64,000 bases of DNA. Source: Azolla caroliniana. Its lineage: Eukaryota; Plantae; Polypodiophyta. The position numbers were made by a program, and so were the translations under genes. Where the stretch lies: contig JBHGNT010000005.1 of assembly GCA_043228905.1 (NCBI GenBank), positions 15,686,001 through 15,750,000 of the forward strand, read 5' to 3'. Below the pieces are notes generated by a model that ran no database searches, was not told the origin of the DNA, and saw nothing but the letters and a program-made list of their open reading frames with translations. Positions 35,251 through 47,557 of this stretch are shown here, in pieces (within the stretch, counting starts at the first letter, position 1; every line of letters begins with the position of its first letter).

Positions 35251-36970
35251 GTGGAGGTACCGATTCTGAAACAGCTCCCGACGACTCGTCCAAGGCCACC
35301 GACCCTTTTAGTGGTGTCACTGGAAAGCATCCGCTCTATGATCGATCAAGCCCCGCTTGGGCTTGATTCCCCAATGTCCGGAGTTTCGGCTCCAATGCCG
35401 ACCCCGTCGAACTCGTTCCGTACCCTCAATCATCTTCTTCTCGATTCCCAACCTTCGCCCGGTCGGTCTTTCTCCCCATGTAAAAGAGGGTGGCTCATCC
35501 CGCACTCTCTCCCGTATCGGCACCTTCATACCGAACCCTGCCCTTGTCAAAGGATCCTCATCCGGATTGTTCTCCATCCGAATCGGAATGCCGATCAGTT
35601 CGATGCCCAGTCGGGTCGACTTCCGATTCCACTCCCTTCGGCGCCTGTTCTCATTTCCTCTTTCTCTGTCGCGGCTTCGTCCTCGACCTCCTCACAGGCC
35701 ATTTCCCATCCATATTCATTAGCATCGTGCCAGGACTCCTCACTGGTGCCATACATCTCTCCGATCTTATGTCGGCACACGGGCTCGACTGCCGGAGTCT
35801 CCAGAATCCATGTGGAGGGCTCTTCTCCGCTCCCGACCATCTCCTCGGCTAGTCTTTTTCCGCAAGTCGAGAAGGTGTTTGGCTCCACACCCTCTCCTAT
35901 GGTACCGTCGTACCATTCTTCGGCCTCTGCCTGGGCCATGTCCGCGTTGTCCGGAAGGTCGACTAGCTCTGAGCCTCCGGAATCCATCCGCGTGCCGGAT
36001 CTCTCTTCTTCATCGACCAATTCCTTTAAAACCTCGTACGCTTCCCGAACTAGGGCCTCGACATCGAGCTTCGCCGATCGTTCTTGTTGCTGCCCGGTTC
36101 CTGCCATGATGACAGGCCATCGCGCGTTATCTTCCTCATCCAACCATCGGCATACTCACTCGACTTCCGACCAGTCCTCGGTAAGGCCATTCGCTCCGTC
36201 GTCATCTTCGAGCTCAATTCTGATGGCCTCCTGTTCCGCTCAGTCGATCGACCTAACAAATAACAAGACTTTGTCCACCTCCACCAGTCTTTGATCCCAC
36301 TCCGGGAGCCGAGCAAGCCGCCGCACGAACTCTCGGAACGCCTTCGTTGCGCCTCGGTGGGTCTTCGCCGATGCAACCCACTGGTCGAAGTCGCGTCGTC
36401 CCCAGCTCTTTCGCCGTCCTCTGTATGCCTGCAGGAACACCTCTTCGAAGGCCTCCCATGAACTATGAGATTCTCGGAGCTCCTTTACTTCCGCGTGCAT
36501 GCGGACGGCAACGACCCGATAGAAGAACTCCAACCTCAATGCCTCGTCTACACTTCGCACCTCCAATTCGGCGTTGTAGGCTTCCAAGTAGAATGGGACT
36601 TTGTCCCCGTTGAAACGGCCGACACTTTCGACCACTCACTCAATACCTTGTTGCGCTGCTTCTCGCCTCATCACCACTCGTCCGAACTCCAACACCACTT
36701 CGGCCACCATCTGCGCAAAGTCCTCGTCTTTCGACTCCATCCTCCCTTGCCGCCCTTTCACGTCGGGTTCACCAAAGATGTCGCGGTATTCCGCGAGTAT
36801 GTGAAAAGGGACGGGACCATGGGGGTCTCAGACGACAAAGAGATGGATGTCGGGAGACCCACCCTCTCCGGTCCCGGCTGCATTGGTTGTGCCGCAAACC
36901 GAAACGATTCCAGACGCATACCGGAGGCTGTCGAACATGAGAGAGGGGGAGAGAGAGAGAGAGAGAGAGA

Positions 36971-39313
36971 GATAGATAGATAGATAGATTATATTATCGT
37001 CTTCGGAGATCAAATATGACCTATGAGACCAAAAATATTACATTTCACGTGATACGTGTGAAAGTGAGTAGTGACTCTCGATGTTCAAGAACTTTACCAA
37101 TGAATGTTGCAATCGAGAGTGCACATTGTGGTTGTGAGAGGAATTCATGCAAAGATTGGGCTCGATCGAAGAGATGTGGAAAGCATGGTCGAATATGATC
37201 AAAGGCAGAGCATTGTATCAAAGTGTGATACTCAGACTCGCGAACTTGTTTAGGGCAAAGTGTGCATAGCCGACCACTCTCATCACTTGTACCCCAACGC
37301 CCTGTTTCACATCGCAATGCATGTGAGCTAAGTCGCATGGAAGCAATGGTTCGAATGGCAGATAACGGTATGGGCTCTAACATGTATGGATGTGTACGAT
37401 TTCCCCGTTCCGCAAAGAATATGGTTTTGTAGTTAGGTGCAACATGTGTAGTATAATGTGTGAAGCGTGAGCCTCCACATTTGTCCCAGGTCATGATACA
37501 TTGGCGTTGCAAAAATGCCTCATTTACAGAGGAATCTAATGATGCATCATGAAGCAAGTGTCTCGCATCCCATCTACCAAACCATTTTTCTATATCTTGC
37601 ATCCAACCGGAACACAAAATTTTGTTTTTATGCGTCTTTTGGATCTTTTTGCTTGCTTCCCACGCAATTCTAGGAAGTCGATGTGATGGACTTTTTTGAA
37701 CCTTAAGCATGTATTCAACAACCCTTTCCATGGCCATGATCTCAATGGGAAGCGATCCCGTCTCAAGGAGGAGGAGGGTGTAGGGCGTTTGTTTCTTAAC
37801 TTGTAGAAACTTGGTAAGAAAATGCTTTTGGACAGTTTCAAACTCTTTCCACATAGACTTAGGGATGCTACCGCCCCATACTTCCACCCCATAGAGAAGA
37901 ACTGGTGTCACCAAAGTGTCAAAAAGATATTTCTTGAGGACCCAACACTTAATATCTCCAAGATTGCATGTGTTCTCAAATGCATAGTATGCTCGTTTGC
38001 CCGCCTCTAAGCGGCGTGTAGCACATTCATTCCATCTATGATTTGAAGGAACTTCAAGGCCAAGATATTTGAAGCTTTCCACACATTCAAGTGGCTCATT
38101 GTTGTACATAATGCATGGTTTATCTCTTTTTTGGCTCTTCACAAGCATAATCTTTGTTTTAGAGCTATTGACACTTAATTTAGTATGCATGCAAAAAATT
38201 TCCAATGCCTTCATAAGCTTTTGTGCATCTCCTAAAGTATTTGCAAAAAGCACTACGTCATCTGCATATAGCAAAAGCATAATCACAACATTCCCAATGG
38301 CAACTTCTTCAACACATTCTTCCTTTGCAAACTTGGTAACCATTTCTTCCAATTTATCAATGCATAGACCAAATATTGTTGGTGAGAGTGGGCATCCTTG
38401 CTTAACACCAATAGTGCTTTTGAAAAAATCTGAAAGTTTATCTCTCATGCGCACACAACATATAACCTTCTCATAAATTCGGGAAATTGCAAGCATATAT
38501 TCACTTGGCACCTCAAGTTCTTCCATTCGCCTCCAAAGATGCTCACGAGGTACCATATCAAAAGCTTTCTTGAAGTCTACAAAGCAACAATATAAACCTT
38601 TACCTCTAAGGCGACTTTCCTCCATTAATACTCGAAGGGTGATAAGGTGATCAATGGTGCTATGGTGTTTCCGAAAGCCAGCTTGTCCATAAGCTCTCTT
38701 ACCACTTTTTTCAGCCCATACACTTATCTTTGATTCCATTATACATCCAAATAGTTTTGCCATTAATGAGCCAACCATGATGGTTCGATAGTTGTTTACA
38801 TTATTTATATCTCCACCTTTATGTAAAGGTTTGATCCAATTTGTAGTCCAATCGTACGGCATACCATGTTGCAATGCATCATTAAACATATCGCTTATCC
38901 ATATATGTGCTTCCTTTCCCGTCCATTTGACATTTCAGCCTTTATACATTGAAGATCGCTTGCCTTTCGAGAGGCCAATTTCTTAAGTCCTATGCATATA
39001 TCTTCAATTGTAAAGAAGGAAGGCATATGTGAAAGAGAACCATAACACATCATCTTTCCGGCAAGAGATAACTCATATAAATTCTTACAATGCATAGACA
39101 AGTCGTGAAGAGTTAAGTCACCATAACTCTCAACACGTTTTCCCTTTAGATTTCCCCAAAATTTAGCACATGCATGTGCTTTCTCTTGCGTTTGGATAAA
39201 TTGTTGAGTAACTTCCCATATTCTTCTCTTTCTTTGAATAAGCCTTTTATACTCATGCAAATGCTTTTGGTAATTCTCTTTATTCTTAACTACATCCAAA
39301 ACCATAAGGCACT
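36971..39313 (-). mobile_element. 5'-truncated LINE (RTEX/L2-like architecture) with a (TATC)n tail
   Basis: Contains the RT ORF 37045..38889. The 3' tail (GATA)n at 36971-36989 abuts the host (GA)n tract. The 5' junction has CACT microhomology at 39310-39313. Confidence 0.9.
37045..38889 (-). CDS. LINE ORF2 C-terminal part: reverse transcriptase plus C-terminal CCHC zinc knuckle (614 aa open, endonuclease missing)
   Basis: Motifs NYRTI, QAGFR, FVDFKKAFD, GVKQGCPLSP, YADD, FKYLG and 'RLSSHALRCETGRW...CTLC...ESEYHTLIQC'. Confidence 0.9.
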   Translation of the reverse strand: MFNDALQHGMPYDWTTNWIKPLHKGGDINNVNNYRTIMVGSLMAKLFGCIMESKISVWAEKSGKRAYGQAGFRKHHSTIDHLITLRVLMEESRLRGKGLYCCFVDFKKAFDMVPREHLWRRMEELEVPSEYMLAISRIYEKVICCVRMRDKLSDFFKSTIGVKQGCPLSPTIFGLCIDKLEEMVTKFAKEECVEEVAIGNVVIMLLLYADDVVLFANTLGDAQKLMKALEIFCMHTKLSVNSSKTKIMLVKSQKRDKPCIMYNNEPLECVESFKYLGLEVPSNHRWNECATRRLEAGKRAYYAFENTCNLGDIKCWVLKKYLFDTLVTPVLLYGVEVWGGSIPKSMWKEFETVQKHFLTKFLQVKKQTPYTLLLLETGSLPIEIMAMERVVEYMLKVQKSPSHRLPRIAWEASKKIQKTHKNKILCSGWMQDIEKWFGRWDARHLLHDASLDSSVNEAFLQRQCIMTWDKCGGSRFTHYTTHVAPNYKTIFFAERGNRTHPYMLEPIPLSAIRTIASMRLSSHALRCETGRWGTSDESGRLCTLCPKQVRESEYHTLIQCSAFDHIRPCFPHLFDRAQSLHEFLSQPQCALSIATFIGKVLEHRESLLTFTRIT

Positions 39314-39411
39314 GACTCAATGCACGCTACTTATGTACAGAAAGGGAAAGAAGAAACTCTAAAGACGCAGACACAGACAAAGATGCACAGAACTTCATTA
39401 TTGTGAAGAAT

Positions 39412-42400
39412 AGCGTGCGGAAGCAAGTAGGAAACCGAACATAGAAAATACGCAGGTTTAATGGAGAACTTGAACATACACAGTACTCGAGAGAGACAAA
39501 GAGACAGAGAGAGAGAGAACACACAGAAACGCAATTCAAAATAATACTCAATCTGTTCTATACATACTTCGTGCTCGGTGAGCACCTTATATACAAGCCT
39601 TGACAATCGGGCTGACACAAGTACTGACAGTACTTGACCGCTCATGAATGAGCCTACTACACAAACTCCCAAAATTATTCCCTTACGAGGAATATCTTTC
39701 TAACAGCCTCGCGGTTTACGCAACGCTACAGCCTGTTGTGCGCACGGTTTTATGCACCCAGTTTACGCACTGGGTTATGCACCCGATTACGCACCGAATG
39801 TTGAGCTTGTCTCTCAACACTCCCCCTCAAGCTCAACTTGAGGTTCCGTCCGTTCTTCTGGATCTATGCTCCGGTTCCTTCTGGCTTCACGCCTCGCTCG
39901 CGCTCCTCGACCCGTTCGATTCTGCACGCTTCGACCCTTCCGGTCGGCTTGTCTGCTTACACGGCCCTTCTCAGCTTCCTTGTTGTTGCAGTGTTGGCGC
40001 CTCTTTTGCTGCCTTCTCTTCCACTTGGCCCTTGGTTGATTCAATGTATCCGAATCAAACATCCGAACCGACTCGGCTTCCTCCGATCGGTTTTCACTCT
40101 CGTCCGAGTTGGCTGTCTCCAACTCGTCTTCGGTCTTCTCGCCCTTGATGGCTTTTTCTCCCCCACGCTTGGTTGGCTTCGGCTCTTTCTTTCGACTGCT
40201 CCCCTTATGTCCACTTTCGGACTCTTCCGCGGATCCACCCTCAGCTTCTTCAGCCGATCCGAAATCGAATTCATCATCCGACTCGGCGTCACGGTCTTTT
40301 CCGCTCTTTTCCTGCTCCCTTCCATGGTCATCATGGACATCTCTCCCCCTCAAGTTCGGCACATCAAGGTGACGCAACCCAAGTGCACCCGAGAATTTCC
40401 GCAACTTGTCCAGACCAAGAGGCTTGGTGAAAATGTCGGCGTTCTGCCGATCCGTCGGAACATACGGAAGTTCGACTTCACCGAAGAGGACACACTCACG
40501 GAAAAAATGGTAGTGCACCTCGATGTGCTTAGTCCGGGCGTGGAAGACGGGGTTCTTAGCTAGCTGGATGCTGCTGAGGTTGTCGCAGTGGATTATCGTT
40601 TGGTCGGATACCTCCACATGTAAATCCTTAAGTAGCCGCTTCAACCATATGGCTTCGCATGTCGCGACAGCCGCTCCTCTATACTCGGCTTCGGTGCTTG
40701 ACAGTGCAACTGTCGGTTGCTTCTTGCTACTCCACGCGATCGCGGCACTCCCAAGAGAACGTGAAACCGGACGTGGATCGGCGATCGCTGGCGTTTCCGA
40801 CCCAATCAGCATCGGTGTAACCGACCAACTGCGCGGCAGTATCGGTCAGATATAGTAGCCCCCAGTCCTTAGTGCCATTGACATACCGGAGTACGCGTTG
40901 TGCGCAAAGAAGGTGCTCCTCCGTTGATCGCGCCATGAACTAACTAATCACCCCGACCGGGTCGCTGAGATCTGGTCGAGTGATGGTCAAGTATATAAGG
41001 CTTCCGACTATATATCGGAACCTCGGCGAAGCTTGACGGTTCTATCTAGAGGAGTCGAGACGGACTTACAGTCGGCCATCCCGAATTTGAAGAGCGTACT
41101 TAACGCGTAATGCCGTTAGCTGATCAGTATGCCTTCGGGGGTATGGATCACTTCGATCTCAAGGAAATAATGAAGGTCCCCCAAATCCTTCATGGCGAAT
41201 GATGCCGCAAGCTGGAGCTTCATGCGGTCAATCTCACCTAGGTCGGCATCGGTGATGACCAAGTCATCAACATAAAGTAAAATGCTAACCGGCCCGAGTC
41301 GACCTTTCTGGATGAACAGTGCAAAGTCCGATTTTGACATCTCAAAGCCCAACCGACGCAAACGTTGCATGATCTTCGCGTTCCAGGCACGCGGGGCTTG
41401 GTTTAGTCCGTAAAGGGACTTCTTCAATCGGCACACCGCTGAAGTGTTCGTTCTGAAGTGAAATCTGGGGGGTTGTACCATGTACACCTGTTCCTCAAGC
41501 TCACCTTGTAGGAACACATTCTTTACATCCATCTGATGTAAGTGCCACCCCTTTGCCGCAGCTACTGCGAGCAAAACACAGATAGTTGTCATCTTCGTGA
41601 TCGGCGCAAACATCTCATCATAGTCGATGCCGTGTTTCTGCGTGTAGCCTTTCTCTACTAACCGGGCCTTGTAACGATTGACTGAGCCGTCAGTGTTATA
41701 CTTGATCTTGTACATCCACCTACATCCGATCGGCTTCACACCTTTTGGGTGCGTCAACCAGGTCCCAAGTTTCATTCTCCACTAATGCGTGCATCTCTTC
41801 CCCCATTGCGCCACGCCAATTTGCGTCCTTCGCTGCTTCTGCGTAGCTCTCCGGCTCACGCACTTCCGCTACACGGTTCATGTACGCATAGTGATGCGCC
41901 TTGTACTCATTGTATCCGAACCATACAATAGGGTTCTTCTGGCGGGTAGATTGGCGAGGGTTATAACACTTATAACCCTTCTGCTCGTCTGAATAGCCAA
42001 CCAAGATACACTTCTCAGCTTTCGCATCCAACTTCCTCCGCTTCTCCTTCGGTACATGCACATACGCAATGCTACCAAAAACTCTCAAGTGTTGCAGATT
42101 CGGCTTCCTTCTGAAATACAGCTCATGCGCCGACACTTTTTCTCCAATCCGATTCTAAATGTACACCGCGGTTCGTACTTCCTCGGCCCAATAGAACTTG
42201 GGCAAGCTCTTCTCCTCCAGCATTGCTTGTGCCGCTTCTACAATTGACCGGCTCATCCTCTCAACCACGTCGTTTTGCTCCGGCGTGTATCTACAACTGA
42301 ATTCGCGCCGAATTCCCATCTGTTGCAGATAGTCGTTGAATTGACCGGAAAAGTACTCTTTTCCACCATCCGACCGCAAGCACTTGATCTTTTGTCCTGT

Positions 42401-44634
42401 TTCCGTTTCCACAAACCCTTTGAGGTCCCGGAAACAGTCGAAGACTTCACTCTTCTTCTCAATGGGCTAGATCCACGTGTGCCACGTATAGTCGTCGATG
42501 AAGGAGACAAAATATCGACTCCCGCCAAGACTAACGTTCTGTGCCGGCCCCCATACATCGGAATGTATCAAGTCGAGCTTGTTCTGGCTCCGGTTACGCT
42601 CGTTTGGGAAAGGAAGTTGGTGTTGCTTCCCTAGCTGGCAGGCTTCACAAATTTGTGCCTTCCGGCCGCTAATTTGGGCAATCCGAACACAACTTGTTTC
42701 GATTGCAAGTCCTGAAGCCGTTGATAGTTGACGTGGCCTATCCGCTTGTGCCATAAGTCGATATCCGACTCAACTTTTTGTCCTTTTGCGAACATTGCGG
42801 TGCCACCATCACTAGAGTCGAGGATAAACATCCTCCCGTCTCTGCGCCCTTGCGCAATAATTCGGCCTTCTTCGTCGATGAAGCAACCAAGATGCGTGAA
42901 CCGGACTTGCATCCCCTAGTCGACGATCTGCCCGACCGACACCAGATTCTTCATGATTGTCGGGACGTGTAACACGTTCATAAGTTTCCCTTTCTGCCCG
43001 ACATGGCTCAAGGGAACTTCACCGACATTCGTGATCGGATGCGGAGTGTCGTCTCCGGTTGCGACTACTCCCAGTTGCATCGGTTTTTCCAGGTACGAGA
43101 ACCACTCCTTCTGGCACGTCATGTGGTTTGACGCACTGGAATCGACGTACCACACCTCATCCGACTTCAGGGTGATCTTCTTCATCGAGTTTGCTTCGTG
43201 TCTCGTCACGAAAACTGACCCTTTCCTGGATCCTTCGGCGTAGTGCGATCGCTACCGATTTCCTTTGTCGGTCTGTCCGGGACCTGATCCGGACCCGGTT
43301 CTCTCCGAATCGATGTGCTTCTTCGAACACTCGCTCTCCCTGTGGCCTTTCTTGCCACAGTACCATCCATCATTCCGCGAAGCATTTCCCATGTCGGTTC
43401 TCGTCGCCTCAATTGCTGTCGGCATCACTTCGGTGCCTTCCTCCTTGATCCCGTTGGCCGCCTCCATTGCGCACCAACTTGCCTCGTCCGCCACGACCAC
43501 GGGACCTATCTCCCTCCGTGTACAGCATCTTGTTGTCGGCATACGTGCTTGTCGACGCACCCGCGTGGTTCTCCTCTATAAGGAGCATCGACTGTAAGTC
43601 GAAAAACGACGACGTATTCTCCCGTGTACACACAACAATTCGGAACGCTCCGAACTTCGACGCCAGTCCCTCAAGACAGATTTGCACCATCTCGCCTTCC
43701 TCGGCGTTCACATCGATAGAGGCTAAGGAGTCGCATATCTCTTTGATCTTCGAGGTGTATCAGCCACCGACAAGTCACGTTGTCGTAAATTGCTCAGCTC
43801 CTGTCAGAGTTGAAGCTTCCTGGTTGTGGTGCTTGCGGCGAAAATCTTCTTCAGATTTCCCCAAGCATCCTTTGGCATTTTTGCATCCCAAATATAGCTC
43901 AGGAGCTGTTTGCCCACACAAGACACGAAGCAGGACAGTACTCTGCTCGCCAACTGTTCCCACGCCGGGAAATCTCTGTGTGTTGATTCGAGTGCTATGT
44001 CATTTGCTCCGTCGACATAGCTCTAGTAACCGTGCCCGAGCAGGTACTGGTGCATCTTGTAGGACCAACATGTGTAGTTGTTTCTGTCGAGCTTCTCCGT
44101 AGGAAGCGAGCTAGCCATGCCTCTATCCATTTTGTTTTTTTTTTTTTCTTCTTGGTTAGTTTCCTTTTCAAGCTATGTCGGCTGCTGAGGTTCTCAACCC
44201 TCTCACTTTGATACCATGTGAAGAATAGCGTGCGGAAGCAAGTAGGAAACCGAACACAGAAAATACGCAGGTTTAATGGAGAGCTTGAACATACACAGTA
44301 CTCGGGAGAGACAAAGAGACAGAGAGAGAGAGAACACACAGAAACTCAATTCAAAATAATACTCAATCTGTTCTGTACATACTTCGTGCTCGGTGAGCAC
44401 CTTATATACAAGCCTTGACAATCGGGCTGACACAAGTACTAATTGTACTTGACCGCTCATGAATGAGCCTACTACACAAACTCCCAAAATTATTCCCTTA
44501 CGAGGAATATCTTTCTAACAGCCTCGCGGTTTACGCACCGCTACGGCTTGTTGTACGCACGGTTTTATGCACACAGTTTACGCACTAGGTTACGCACCCG
44601 ATTATGCACCGAATGTTGAGCTTGTCTCTCAACA
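39412..44634 (-). mobile_element. Element J: full-length degenerate Ty1/Copia inserted in the 5' LTR of E
   Basis: LTRs 39412-39819 and 44217-44634. TSD ATTAT at 39407-39411 and 44635-44639. iMet-type PBS at 44206-44216 and PPT at 39820-39830. Gag-PR-INT-RT-RH fragments run from 44120 to 39814. Confidence 0.95.
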
Positions 44635-45329
44635 ATTATATATGTACAAGAGCAAGATAACACCTCCGGCTTCAAGCCGGACCAAGGTAGGTTAGGTTAC
44701 AACAACAGTCTGCTGCCAAGCCGCCAATCGGGAAGCTCTCGGGCTCGTCGCGCCGACCAGGGTCTTGCACAGGAGATAGGGCAGAAGCCTAAACCCCTTT
44801 AGACATACAAGCTCCTAACCGGACTAAACCCTAAACAAACACGAAGACTCAACCCACACGACGGCGAAGAAAAAGACCTCAAAGAACCCTAATAGAAAAC
44901 AAGAAAGGAAGAAGAAAGCTACCAAACCCTAGATCTAATTGGTATACCCTCCTAACTCAAAATGGGCAACCCTTTACAAGTGACCCCTCCCTTCCTTTTA
45001 TAGTCCAAGGAGGGAGGGGCCTTACAATGTGGGATAAATTTCCCCTCTTTATTCTATACACCATTTTACATTGTAAATGTGCACATGTTACACACCGCCG
45101 ACTTGCCCATTCCATCCCGGTTTTACACCGTAGCCAGAAATCTTCACGACACCGTGTAGACACCAAGTATAAGACTGTGGACCGGAAGGTGAGGCCAATT
45201 GTGGCTCCCTTGCCGCAAGACAACTGGGAATGGATGAGAGGGGTCGCGATGGACCCGAGTTTACTAGATCTGGCCAGCATAGGACACCAGTTCACTGACG
45301 AGACGTTGTGGAAGCTCAAGATCGGTGGG

Positions 45330-46973
45330 GATCGCTTGCCTTTCGAGAGGCCAATTTCTTAAGTCCTATGCATATATCTTCAATTGTAAAGAAGGGAGGC
45401 ATATGTGAAAGAGAACCATAACACATCATCTTTCTAACAAGAGATAACTCATATAAATTCTTACAATTCATAGACAAGTTGTGAAGAGTTGAATCACCAT
45501 AACTCTCAACACAGTTTCGCTTTAGATTTCCCCAAAATTTAGCACATGCATGTGCTTTCTCTTGCGTTTGGAGAAATTGTTGAGTAACTTCCCATATTCT
45601 TCTCTTTCTTTGAATAAGCCTTTTATACTCATGCAAATGCTTTTGGTAATTTTCTTTATCCTTAACTATATCCAAAACCATAAGGCACTTTCAAGCTTCA
45701 CAACATTCTTTATCAAACCATTTTTTCTTTCAATTAAATTTCTTGGTGCATTTCCAAGATGTGCGGTTGGTTGGAAAACATTTGTTTGTACATGAGAGAA
45801 ACTTTCTTAAAAGCTTCCCATTTGCATTCTAGTGTGGTACCATGTTGTATGTTTGTCATTTGTAACATATCCTCAACCATCGTGGAATACATGGGCACTC
45901 GCTTAAGGTTCATGCTCAAGTGGGGTTGTTTATTATCTTCAATGGCCTTCTCACAATCAAACCTATGTAGAGATTTGAGATCAATACATAAAGCCCTATG
46001 ATCGGATTCTGGTGTCCATTCACCAAGTGAGAATTTATGTATACGATAAAAAATACCTTGAAAAGTAGTACATAGTCAATCACGCTATTTCTGTTGTGTT
46101 TTTTACATGTAAAACCATTAGTGTTGGGCCATAAGGAAACACCATTTGCAATAAGCAATTCGGTAGTATTGCACATTTGTAGGAGTAACTTCCCAAATTG
46201 GTCCGGATCTTTTTCATCGCTAGAATTGCGGCTATACATTTGAACATCCTCTTGCATCGTTAAGATATGTGGCATGAAAGATTCTTGTGAATCAAGTTGG
46301 AAACTTCTTGTACGAGCATTCATGTCACCAAAGACAATAACTTCCCCTTTGGATTTGAAATAAGCAATATCATCTTCTAGATTGGCAAAAGGTTGATCTT
46401 TAACAAGCATAAAAGTTAAAATCTTGATGAGGAATGTAACATCCAACTACAAAAGTGGACAAATCATTAGGTGTTTCTATTTTGAGCCATATGTAGCATT
46501 TATGTTCATCATTTTTTATGATTGACACATATTTCTCTATTTCCTTCTTAATCAAACATGCCACCCCTCCTTGTCCTCTTCTTTCTTTGTCTTGGATTTT
46601 TCTCCCATATCAAAGAGTGTACATTATAGTTTCCTATCCTGCATTCCATGGGTATCCATTGCAATTCCAAAAGCATAGTCGTAAAAGGTGTGGGTTAGTC
46701 TCATAGGTCACATGTCCCTATTTGCCTATATTTCCATTTTAGGCACATCCTTAACCTTATAAATTAATCTTTCTTCAATGCTTTACGGCGAACATTTTGT
46801 TGTGAGATAGTACGATCTTCATTGACAAAGCATTGCATACCTGTGAGGTATACCCAACTATTTTCGAGTATGATCCACCGCTTTGTATCATCTATCATTG
46901 TACATACAATAGGTCTTTCTTCAGAGCGAGTAACACCATGTTTCCCAACTCGATGTGTCCCATATACATCCCA

Positions 46974-46976
<3 letters not shown>
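45330..46976 (-). mobile_element. LINE fragment: ORF1 C-terminus plus APE endonuclease plus linker
   Basis: ORF1-like 'THRVGK...RPIV...FVNEDRT' (46764-46975) and endonuclease 'VIVFGDMNART...SVIDYVLL' (45916..46446). 45330-45690 is homologous to 38954-39313. Confidence 0.85.

Positions 46977-47024
<48 letters not shown>
46977..47024. repeat. (GA)24 microsatellite between two LINE fragments
   Basis: Read directly from the sequence. Confidence 0.95.
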
Positions 47025-47028
<4 letters not shown>

Positions 47029-47029
47029 A

Positions 47030-47557
47030 ACAACGCATGGATGGTTTATCTTTGTTTTGGCTTTTCACAAGGATAATCTTTGTTTTAGAGCTATTGACAC
47101 TTAATTTATTATGTATGCAAAAAAATTCCAATGTCTTTATAAGGCACTACATCATCTACATATAATCAAAAAATAATGATGACATTCCCAATGACAACTT
47201 CTTCAATGCCTTCTTCCTTTACAAACTTGGCAACCAATTCAGCAATGCATAGAACAAATAGATTTGGTGAGAATGGGCATCCTTGCTTAACACCAAGAAT
47301 GTTATTCAAAAAATCTGAATGTCTATCACTCATACACACACAACATATAACTTTCTCATAGATTCAGGAAATTGCAAGCATATATTCACTTAGCATCTCG
47401 AGCTCTTCCATTCGCCTCCAAGGATGCTCACAAGATACCATATCAAAAACTTTCTTGAAGTCTACGAAGCAACAATATAAACCTTTACCTCTAAGGTGAC
47501 TTTCCTCCATTAATACTTGAAGGGTGATAAGGTGATCAATGGTGCTATGGTGTTTTC
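47030..47557 (-). mobile_element. Degenerate LINE RT fragment bounded by (GA)n tracts
   Basis: Homologous to about 38110-38672. (GA)n tracts lie at 46977-47024 and 47558-47574. Confidence 0.85.

Larger units (their letters stand above)
32004..45151 (-). mobile_element. Element E: non-autonomous (gag-only) tRNA-Trp-primed Gypsy; its 5' LTR is split by a LINE and Copia J
   Basis: 3' LTR 32004-32790. The 5' LTR is 36779-36970 + 39310-39411 + 44640-45151. TSD CCGT at 32000-32003 and 45152-45155. PBS at 36757-36774. Gag ORF 36240..36635 is homologous to the D gag (GRFNG...YLEAY). No pol motifs are visible in 32791-36778. Confidence 0.9.
22898..45330 (+). mobile_element. Element D: tRNA-Trp-primed Ty3/Gypsy, 3'-truncated, host of H, two solo LTRs and E
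   Basis: 5' LTR 22898-23651 (TGTCGTG...GCGACA) and PBS at 23656-23673. Gag lies at about 23697-23754, 28923-29160 and 29574 onward. The reading rejoins across insertions ('GSAY/ARVKS', 'SNRTAR/VDTKYKTVDRKVRPIVAPLP'). It is cut by a LINE at 45330. Confidence 0.85.

Noticed and set aside
34420-36294. 624-aa plus-strand ORF
   Set aside because: It is antisense to element E, Ser/Pro/Arg-rich, built from the repeat patchwork and has no domain motif. It is most likely a shadow ORF of GC-rich sequence.
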